A stretch of DNA of 64,000 nucleotides from Bacilli bacterium (lineage in GTDB: Bacteria > Bacillota > Bacilli > JACDOE01), in the NCBI GenBank assembly GCA_041686735.1, contig JAWLDF010000004.1, positions 69,185 to 133,184 of the forward strand, read 5' to 3'. The first letter of the stretch is position 1. The number at the start of each line of letters is the position of its first letter. The position numbers and the translations under genes were made by a program. Below, in pieces: positions 56,856-64,000 of this stretch. The notes beneath the pieces are model-generated. The model had not been told where the DNA came from. It saw only the letters and a list, made by a program, of their open reading frames with translations, and made no database searches.

Positions 56856-57328
56856 AGGATCAACGTCAGTCCGTCCCTCGTCTGCGCCAGATGACCACCG
56901 GGGATCTAGACGCGGTTTGCGAGGTAGAACAATCCTGTTTTACCCTGCCCTGGTCCCGTGAATCCTTTTATCATGAGATCACGAAAAATCAGTTTGCTTA
57001 CTATGTCGTTATCGAATGGGAAAATGAGGTCGTAGGATACGGAGGCATGTGGTTGATCATGGATGAGGCACACATTACAAATATCGCCATTTTGCCACGG
57101 GCGAGGGGGCGAAAATTCGGGGAGAGGTTGTTGCGTCATCTGCTGGCAGAGGCGAAAAATCGCGGTGCCACCAGGGCGACTCTCGAAGTTCGCAAGTCGA
57201 ATCAGGTTGCACAGAACTTGTATCAAAAGGTCGGGTTTTATGCTGTGGGTGTTCGCCCGCAATATTATACGGATAATCGGGAAGATGCCATTATCATGTG
57301 GGTGGGATTGACAGATGATGAAGAATAA
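56852..57328 (+). CDS. rimI: Ribosomal-protein-alanine N-acetyltransferase RimI (GNAT).
   Basis: GNAT motifs A/B (...[17 protein letters not shown]...). ATGA overlap with tsaB. Confidence 0.8.
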   Translation: MKDQRQSVPRLRQMTTGDLDAVCEVEQSCFTLPWSRESFYHEITKNQFAYYVVIEWENEVVGYGGMWLIMDEAHITNIAILPRARGRKFGERLLRHLLAEAKNRGATRATLEVRKSNQVAQNLYQKVGFYAVGVRPQYYTDNREDAIIMWVGLTDDEE

Positions 57329-58391
57329 ATCACTGAACTGGCAGGAGCGGATGCGGCATAAATATGAGCGTGATCGTGCCACCGGTGGACCGGTTCATAT
57401 TCTGGCGATTGAAACCAGTTGTGATGAAACATCGGCGGCCGTCATCCGCGACGGGCAGCAAATTTTATCCAACAAAATTTCATCTCAGGTGGAGATTCAC
57501 AGGCGGTTTGGCGGAGTCGTACCGGAAGTGGCGTCCCGCCGTCATGTGGAAAACATCACCCTCATGCTGGAAGAGGCACTGGATGAAGCGAAGGTATCAC
57601 TGGATGATATTTCTGCCGTGGCGGTCACTTATGGCCCCGGACTGGTAGGGGCGTTACTGGTCGGTGTCGCCGCGGCGAAGTCGATTTGTTTCGCCCGCGG
57701 AATTCCATTGATCGGAGTGCATCACATCGCGGGACATATCTATGCCAACCGTCTGGTGGAACCGTTACAGTTTCCTTTGCTGGCGCTGGTTGTTTCCGGA
57801 GGACATACGGAACTGGTTTTGATGGAACGGGATTATGATTTTCAAGTGCTGGGACAGACCCGCGATGATGCCGTTGGAGAAGCCTATGACAAAGTGGCCC
57901 GTTCGTTGAATCTCCCTTACCCCGGTGGGCCGCATATTGACCGGCTCGCACAACAAGGCGAGGTGACGATTGACTTCCCGCGGGCCTGGCTGGAGGAAGG
58001 CTCCTATGATTTCAGTTTCAGCGGTTTAAAATCTGCGGTGATCAATACGTTGCATAACGCGGAACAGCGTGGTGAGACGCTTCGAACGGAGGATGTGGCC
58101 GCCAGTTTTCAGGAGTCGGTGATCGATGTCCTTGTGGAAAAGACGATTCGTGCAGCAACAGAGCATGATGTCCGGCAGATTTTACTGGCCGGCGGGGTGG
58201 CGGCGAACCGGGGGCTCCGCGGGAGGTTGCGGGAACGGACGCAAAAAGAAGGCATCCCGTTGCTGATCCCGCCGCTGGAATTATGTACGGACAATGCCGC
58301 GATGATCGGAGCCGCGGCCCATGTTTTATATGAACGGGGGATTTTTGCGGAAATGGATTTAAATGCCGTTCCCGGTTTATCCCTCTCCTGA
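57315..58391 (+). CDS. tsaD: tRNA N6-adenosine threonylcarbamoyltransferase TsaD (Gcp). The true start may be slightly downstream.
   Basis: ...[15 protein letters not shown]... and the ...GVHHIAGH... metal-binding His pair. Confidence 0.85.
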   Translation: MMKNKSLNWQERMRHKYERDRATGGPVHILAIETSCDETSAAVIRDGQQILSNKISSQVEIHRRFGGVVPEVASRRHVENITLMLEEALDEAKVSLDDISAVAVTYGPGLVGALLVGVAAAKSICFARGIPLIGVHHIAGHIYANRLVEPLQFPLLALVVSGGHTELVLMERDYDFQVLGQTRDDAVGEAYDKVARSLNLPYPGGPHIDRLAQQGEVTIDFPRAWLEEGSYDFSFSGLKSAVINTLHNAEQRGETLRTEDVAASFQESVIDVLVEKTIRAATEHDVRQILLAGGVAANRGLRGRLRERTQKEGIPLLIPPLELCTDNAAMIGAAAHVLYERGIFAEMDLNAVPGLSLS

Positions 58392-58439
58392 AAGGGAAAC
58401 CCTATGATATGAGTTGATTCATATTATGGGGTTTTTTAA

Positions 58440-58553
58440 TGTGGATATTGTGATTTGTGGATATCAATCATGTGGACGATGTGAATAAATCGTAAGGACC
58501 ATACACATTCAAGACATGAAGACTGTGGATAACTTTGTGGATATTGTGGATAG
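58440..58553 (+). promoter_or_regulatory. DnaA-box cluster (7 boxes, all in the same orientation).
   Basis: TGTGGATAT at 58440 and at 58456, TGTGGACGA at 58471, TGTGAATAA at 58480, TGTGGATAA at 58524 (a perfect complement of TTATCCACA), TGTGGATAT at 58536 and TGTGGATAG at 58545. Confidence 0.65.
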
Positions 58554-58592
58554 GAATGTATGTTCCAGCACAGATGTTCGGAGGGAACGGTG

Positions 58593-60908
58593 ATGAGCAC
58601 CCGAATAAATTCGTCGATCATAAGCAATGTGATTGATTCACTTCCCGTCAAATTTTTGCTGGCAGGGGTTGTTGGTTTCTGCTTATCGGTGGGGTTCATG
58701 TCAGCGTCCGTGTCGGCCGAAACATCGAAAAAAACAATGGACTTCCATCATGAACGGCGTGTGACGATGGTACTGGTAAGCGGATGGGACATGGAGATGC
58801 TCCGTGAATTAATGGAGCAAAATGAATCGGAAAAGTGGACGGGAGCGGCATATATCGGCGGGATGAATTTGCGCACTGCCGGTTCGATGAATATGATGAA
58901 CAATTATGTTACGCTGGGAGCGGGAAGTCGTTCGGTCGGGTCGGCGCAGGTCACGGGAGGCTATCATATCCGGGAGACGGATGAGAATAAAGGAATTGCC
59001 GCTGGTGATTTATACGAACAGTTGACGGGGATCGAGCCCGGCCCCGAGGAAATCGTCGTCAACGACATCCGGCGGATTGTGGATAACAATTTGTCGCAAC
59101 CCTATCAAGCTGTGGCCGGGGAACTGGGTGAGGTTTTGAAACGTTTCGATAAAGGGCGTGTCCTGCTGGGGAATCTCGATGCGGGCAAGGAAACCTATCG
59201 CCCGGGGGCATTCATCACAATGGATCATGACGGGCGCACACCGATGGGAGATGTGAGCGACCGTACGCTGCGTGCAGATGATGATATGGCATTCGGGGTA
59301 ACCACTGATTATGATTATCTGTTGTCGCAAGTGGAAGTATGGAAGAAACAGGCCCATTTGATCGTACTCGAACTGGGGGATTTTTATCGTCTTCAATTGT
59401 TAAGGGAGGAGATGGATCCTCAAATCTTTCAACAAAAAAAAGAGCGAATCATGCGTGATACCACCCGATTTATGAATCAGGTCGTGCAACGGCAGCAGAA
59501 GGGGGAATTGATTATTTTTCTTTCTCCAATGGTGCATCAAAAAGCGGTGGAAGAAGATGCGCTGATGGCTCCCGTTATGCTGATTCCACCGGGATCAGCA
59601 TCGACACAGACTGTTGCGGGTCAAGCAGAGTCCATCTCTTTGTCCGAAGGGGAAACGGGGGTTCTATATTCGCCCACTACCCGACGTGAGGGCATTATAG
59701 CCAATACCGATCTTGCACCGACTGTGCTGGACTGGTTACAACTCCCCATCCCGGACCATATGGAAGGAAGAGCGATCCAATGGCAACATCACAAACAGAC
59801 AGTATCAGTGTTCTGGGAAAACTGGGAACAGATCTATCATCTCTACCAGTCACGCAGGGACGTATTGTACAACTATATTGTTTTTCAAGTGATCCTGTTG
59901 ATTGCGGCAACGTTTATTCTCCTCAAAGTGACATGGAAACAGGCGCGGACTGCCATTCGTATTGCCCTGTTGACACTGGTATTATCGCCTGCACTTTTTC
60001 TGTTTCTTCCGCTGATTCCTTACAGATTATCTGCAGGAGTAGTCCTTACCATGCTTGGAATCAGTGCACTCATCCTGGCGATTCTGTTACAAAGATTGCC
60101 GTGGGCGTTCATGTTTGCAGCAGAGGCTTTCATCAGCTGGATGCCAGTGGTGCTCGATGTTGTATTTGACCTGGCATTGATGCAACGTTCCTATCTGGGT
60201 TATGATCCGATAATCGGCGCCCGTTATTATGGAATAGGCAATGAATTTATGGGCGTGGTGATCGGAAGTGTCATGTTATTTATTGCCGCGTGGATGGAAC
60301 ATGACGCAAAGCGGATGATGAGATGGCCCGTTGCCGCTTTATTTATCGGGATAACGGTTATTCTGGCAGCGCCCTTCTGGGGGACCAATGCAGGCGGTGC
60401 GATTGCGGCAATTGCCGGATTTTTCGTAGCATACATCCGCCTTTTTCAGATTCCGCTCAATCGCAAATTCCTTTTGAAAATATTCCTTCTTGGCAGTGTT
60501 ATCATTGTCTTGCTGGGAGTCATTCATCTCGTTCAGGGAGAACAACAATCCCATATTGGAAGGGCGATCAATTGGATTATTCACGGAGAGATCCGTCCTA
60601 TCGCCGACATTGCCACGCGCAAACTGGAAATGAACTGGCGATTAATCCAGGTATCATCCTGGAGCAAAGTGTTTGTAACTTCTTTGTTTATTCTTGCCAT
60701 TTTTGTTTTTCCGGCACGGGGTGTGATGAAAGTCTATCAACAACAGTACCCACATTTGATTGCTGGCATTTCCGGCATTGTGGCCGCGGCCCTGGTGGCT
60801 CTCATTGTGAATGACTCGGGTGTAGTGGCTGCGGCCATGATCATGATCTATGCCGTGGTTCCGTTGCTGTATCTGGGATTGCAGAGGGAATGGGAACAAA
60901 CAGGTTAA
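58593..60908 (+). CDS. Large membrane protein of unknown function (N-terminal ~400-aa extracytoplasmic domain plus C-terminal ~10 TM segments).
   Basis: Signal/anchor segment, then a globular domain, then a polytopic C-terminus. The start was set at the ATG after GGAGGGA. It is inserted between tsaD and the ydiF-like gene. Confidence 0.45.
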   Translation: MSTRINSSIISNVIDSLPVKFLLAGVVGFCLSVGFMSASVSAETSKKTMDFHHERRVTMVLVSGWDMEMLRELMEQNESEKWTGAAYIGGMNLRTAGSMNMMNNYVTLGAGSRSVGSAQVTGGYHIRETDENKGIAAGDLYEQLTGIEPGPEEIVVNDIRRIVDNNLSQPYQAVAGELGEVLKRFDKGRVLLGNLDAGKETYRPGAFITMDHDGRTPMGDVSDRTLRADDDMAFGVTTDYDYLLSQVEVWKKQAHLIVLELGDFYRLQLLREEMDPQIFQQKKERIMRDTTRFMNQVVQRQQKGELIIFLSPMVHQKAVEEDALMAPVMLIPPGSASTQTVAGQAESISLSEGETGVLYSPTTRREGIIANTDLAPTVLDWLQLPIPDHMEGRAIQWQHHKQTVSVFWENWEQIYHLYQSRRDVLYNYIVFQVILLIAATFILLKVTWKQARTAIRIALLTLVLSPALFLFLPLIPYRLSAGVVLTMLGISALILAILLQRLPWAFMFAAEAFISWMPVVLDVVFDLALMQRSYLGYDPIIGARYYGIGNEFMGVVIGSVMLFIAAWMEHDAKRMMRWPVAALFIGITVILAAPFWGTNAGGAIAAIAGFFVAYIRLFQIPLNRKFLLKIFLLGSVIIVLLGVIHLVQGEQQSHIGRAINWIIHGEIRPIADIATRKLEMNWRLIQVSSWSKVFVTSLFILAIFVFPARGVMKVYQQQYPHLIAGISGIVAAALVALIVNDSGVVAAAMIMIYAVVPLLYLGLQREWEQTG

Positions 60909-62830
60909 CTGTTCTGAAGTTCCTCCCACTCGGCAAAGCAATGCTCCCATTGTTCTTTGTACCGTTCCAACTCATTCTGGATTTCGCGGACCCGTTCATG
61001 ATCGTTATACACTTCGGGTTCATACAATTGTTGCTCCAGATCCGATATTTTTTGTTCCAGTTCGCTGATGGTGTTTTCCAACTCTTCAAGGCGACGTTTT
61101 CGTTTGCGTTCCAGCTTTTCCGCTTCACGATCGTTGGGTTTTCCATTTTCGCGGTCAGGGGCAGCAAAGGAAGATTGACGTCGTTGCTCCGCAAGCTGTT
61201 TCAGTTCAGCAAGTTCCTGCTTTTTGGCACGAAAATCGTCGTAGTTACCGAGATAGGAGGTAATCCTGCGATCGGACAATTCCCAGATCTGTGTTGCCAT
61301 TTTATTTAAAAAGTAGCGGTCGTGGGATACGAAAATAATGGTTCCTTCGTAATCGTACAGGGCATCTTCGAGAACCTCGCGACTGTAAATATCGAGATGG
61401 TTGGTCGGTTCGTCGAGAATCAGCACGTTTGCTTTTTTTAACATTAACTTGGCCAGGGCCAGGCGCGCCTTTTCACCGCCGCTCAGCACCGACACCTGCT
61501 TTTTCACATCATCGCCGCTGAACAAAAATCGTCCGAGCACGGTACGGACGTCCCGTTCCAGCATTTGCGGATAATCGTCCCATAACTCCTGCAGTACGGT
61601 TTTTTGCATGTGAAGGTGCTGGTGTTCCTGGTCATAATATCCGAGGCTTACATTGCTGCCCCAGCGGATGCTGCCGGAGGAAGGGTTCAAGTCACCCATC
61701 AGTATTTTTAAGAGCGTGGATTTGCCGGTACCGTTGGCTCCGATCAAAGCGACCCGCTCGCCCCGTGTGATCTCAAAAGAAAGTTGTTCAAACAAAGGTT
61801 TTTCCCGATCAAATTTCATTGACAGGTTTTCTGCTTTGAGTACGTCGTGGCCCGACTCCCTTTCGATCTCAAAGGAAAAACTGGCCTTTTTTATGTGAGA
61901 GTTCGGTCTGTCTATACGCTCCAATTTATCGAGCGTTTTTCTGCGACTCTGGGCCCGTTTCGTTGTGGAAGCCCGCGCAATATTGCGCTGAATAAAATCT
62001 TCCATCCGCTTGATTTCCGTCTGTTGTCTATCAAAACGTTTTTGTTGTTGCTCAATCCGTTCTGCTTTTAATTGCAAGAAACGGGTGTAGTTCCCGGGAT
62101 AGCGCGTGGCCCGGGTCCGTTCGATTTCATAGACGACGTTGACCAGATCGTCCAGCAGGTAACGGTCGTGGGATACCAGTAATATCCCGCCGTCATAGGA
62201 CTGTAGGTACTGTTCCAGCCATGACAGGGTATCCATATCCAAATGGTTGGTCGGCTCGTCCAGCACGAGGACATCCGGATGCTGCAACAATAATTTGGCC
62301 AGAGCGAGCCGGGTCTTTTGTCCGCCGCTTAAGGTTTTGATGAGTGTATCGTAATCATTCTCGTAGAATCTCAATCCATGTAAGACGTTGCGGGTATCGG
62401 CTTCATAACGGTAGCCTCCCTGTTCCTGAAAACTTTCAGAGAGGAGGGAATACTCTTCCATCAATTGCCCGTATTCTTCATCGTTTTCAATGACGGATGG
62501 ATCGCCCATTTGTTGCTCCAATTGACGCATTTTTTGTTCCATTTCCCTCAGCGGGGCAAATACCTCCATCATTTCCTGCCAGATCGTAGCTTCACTTTCC
62601 AGTCCGGTATTCTGGGCCAGATAACCCAACGTGACGCCTTTTGCTTTCATGATTTCCCCTGCGTCATGGGAAAGTTCACCGGTTAAAATTTTTAACAAGG
62701 TCGATTTACCTGCGCCGTTTACGCCGACGAGGCCGACCCTTTCACCTTTTTGCACCTGTATCGAAACATCTTCTAAGATGGATTCGCCTTGAAACGATTT
62801 GGAAATATGAGAAGCTTGTATTAGAATCAT
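60905..62830 (-). CDS. ABC-F family ATPase (YdiF/EttA-like) with two ABC domains and no TM domain.
   Basis: Two Walker A motifs (GVNGAGKST, GANGTGKST), two LSGG signatures and a C-terminal coiled-coil. The start was set at MILIQ after GAGGTGA. Confidence 0.85.
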   Translation of the reverse strand: MILIQASHISKSFQGESILEDVSIQVQKGERVGLVGVNGAGKSTLLKILTGELSHDAGEIMKAKGVTLGYLAQNTGLESEATIWQEMMEVFAPLREMEQKMRQLEQQMGDPSVIENDEEYGQLMEEYSLLSESFQEQGGYRYEADTRNVLHGLRFYENDYDTLIKTLSGGQKTRLALAKLLLQHPDVLVLDEPTNHLDMDTLSWLEQYLQSYDGGILLVSHDRYLLDDLVNVVYEIERTRATRYPGNYTRFLQLKAERIEQQQKRFDRQQTEIKRMEDFIQRNIARASTTKRAQSRRKTLDKLERIDRPNSHIKKASFSFEIERESGHDVLKAENLSMKFDREKPLFEQLSFEITRGERVALIGANGTGKSTLLKILMGDLNPSSGSIRWGSNVSLGYYDQEHQHLHMQKTVLQELWDDYPQMLERDVRTVLGRFLFSGDDVKKQVSVLSGGEKARLALAKLMLKKANVLILDEPTNHLDIYSREVLEDALYDYEGTIIFVSHDRYFLNKMATQIWELSDRRITSYLGNYDDFRAKKQELAELKQLAEQRRQSSFAAPDRENGKPNDREAEKLERKRKRRLEELENTISELEQKISDLEQQLYEPEVYNDHERVREIQNELERYKEQWEHCFAEWEELQNS

Positions 62831-62892
62831 GTCAGTCACCTCGATATAATATCCTATATCAGTGTAACCCAGTCGGAGAAAGGGGACAACGT

Positions 62893-63528
62893 ATGAGTGT
62901 CGATAAACAAGAATTGCGCCGAAAAATGCTGAATATAAGGGGCAATCTAACAGAAGAAAACCGCAATACGTGGTCGCGGCAGATCGTCCGTCATCTTGTC
63001 GAATGGCCTCTCTACCGTGAATCCCGAATGATCGCTGCCTATGTGCCTTTTCGGGGAGAGGCGGATATCCGGCCGTGGATTGAACAAGCAGTCCATGACG
63101 GAAAGCAGGTCGTGATTCCGAGGATTCACCCCCATGCCAGCGAGATGGATTTTTACCGGTTCGAAGGTTGGGACAAGCTGATTTCCGGTTCATACGGCAT
63201 TATGGAGCCGGACCCGCAGCAGGGGAAGCCCGCGGATGTACGACAGCTTGACATGGTTCTTGTTCCGGGTGTTGCTTTTGACCGTCTGGGTGGGAGACTG
63301 GGCTACGGCGGCGGATATTATGACCGTTTTTTTGCGCGGCTGGCGCGGGAGACTCAACTTGTCGAATTATCGTCCCGACACAGCCCGGGTTTTCCAATAC
63401 GCGTGGGGATCGCTTATTTCGTTCAAATGGTTGATCACATTCCAATGGAACCCCTTGATGTTCCCGTGTCTTATATCGCTACGGAAAGGGGAATAACAAA
63501 GGCAGGACATCCGGGCGAACAGCTGTGA
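62893..63528 (+). CDS. 5-formyltetrahydrofolate cyclo-ligase.
   Basis: ...MVLVPGVAFDRLGGRLGYGGGYYDRF... is the conserved 5-FCL C-terminal block. Confidence 0.75.
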   Translation: MSVDKQELRRKMLNIRGNLTEENRNTWSRQIVRHLVEWPLYRESRMIAAYVPFRGEADIRPWIEQAVHDGKQVVIPRIHPHASEMDFYRFEGWDKLISGSYGIMEPDPQQGKPADVRQLDMVLVPGVAFDRLGGRLGYGGGYYDRFFARLARETQLVELSSRHSPGFPIRVGIAYFVQMVDHIPMEPLDVPVSYIATERGITKAGHPGEQL

Positions 63529-63629
63529 TACAATTGTAACGATTTTATCACATGAAACGTTTGGTTTTCCCGAAAGAATAGGGTAAAATTGATTTGAGAA
63601 CTATTTTTTAAATCAGGAGGAAGTCACAC

Positions 63630-64000
63630 ATGTACAAAATTTCTATATTGTCCGTGAGCAACGCGATTTATAAAAAAGAGAGAGAAAATGAAAGCGCTCA
63701 AATTTTGACGGAGTTGATCGAACGCCATCTTGATCAACCGGTTGCGATTTCCCGCGTCGCGCCAGACAATATGGAGACCGTGATCGAATATATGATCGAA
63801 ATGATCGACCGTGATCGTTCCGATTTGCTTTTTACAACCGGAGGAACCAGTTTAAGTCCCGAAGATATTACTCCCGAGGCGACCGAGCATGTGATCGATC
63901 GCTATGTTCCAGGTATGGCGGAAGAAATGCGCCGTGCAGCGCTCAAGTTTTCCCGCCGCGCCATGCTGACCCGGGCCAAAGTGGGTACCAGGGGAAATAC
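63630..64000 (+). CDS. Molybdenum cofactor biosynthesis protein MoaB/MogA-type; 3'-truncated by the window edge.
   Basis: ...LLFTTGGTSLSPEDITPEAT... is the MoaB/MogA GGTG motif. RBS AGGAGGAAG. Confidence 0.6.
   Translation, partial: MYKISILSVSNAIYKKERENESAQILTELIERHLDQPVAISRVAPDNMETVIEYMIEMIDRDRSDLLFTTGGTSLSPEDITPEATEHVIDRYVPGMAEEMRRAALKFSRRAMLTRAKVGTRGN

Overview
This 64 kb window is a chromosomal segment from a spore-forming Bacillaceae-type Firmicute. The evidence for that is SD-type ribosome-binding sites, the ger, SASP, cmpA and spoVB-like genes, and two blocks syntenic with B. subtilis. Gene density is about 1 per kb and the sequence is largely core-like. The first syntenic block is acpS–(nnr)–ydcC-like–alr–ndoAI–ndoA–tex–cmpA–sprT-like–tRNA-Ser, with no rsb/sigB operon between ndoA and tex. 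The second is thiL–tsaE–tsaB–rimI–tsaD–(DnaA-box cluster)–ydiF-like ABC-F. Other core content includes an arginase-family fragment with NCS1 permease, CN-hydrolase and cyclase genes, a cytochrome c-550, a gerK-type (A-C-B order) germinant receptor operon, mnmA, two two-component systems, several ABC exporters with TetR regulators, an S8 protease, a beta-lactamase-family hydrolase, and an SLH/PepSY-repeat surface protein. The most notable observation is a small redox locus. It has a Fur-family regulator, a glutaredoxin-like protein, a peroxiredoxin whose PxxxTxxC peroxidatic Cys codon is an in-frame TGA, and a PrdB/GrdB-like selenoprotein-B-family gene with an in-frame TGA in a UxxC motif. Each TGA is followed by a hairpin, so these are two candidate selenoproteins; no sel genes are in the window. 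Further points: a cluster of seven DnaA boxes upstream of a large membrane-protein gene inserted between tsaD and ydiF; a dispersed ~50 bp palindromic repeat family in three copies, each acting as a terminator; a second hairpin family showing compensatory changes; two convergent, un-called small-peptide genes (one secreted, one single-TM) beside a MacB-type ABC exporter with a TetR regulator; a ferritin-like protein with 3x63-bp Gly/Pro-rich tandem repeats; a frameshifted surface-protein gene; and three AT-rich, probably acquired, gene islands. No CRISPR array, transposase or prophage was seen.
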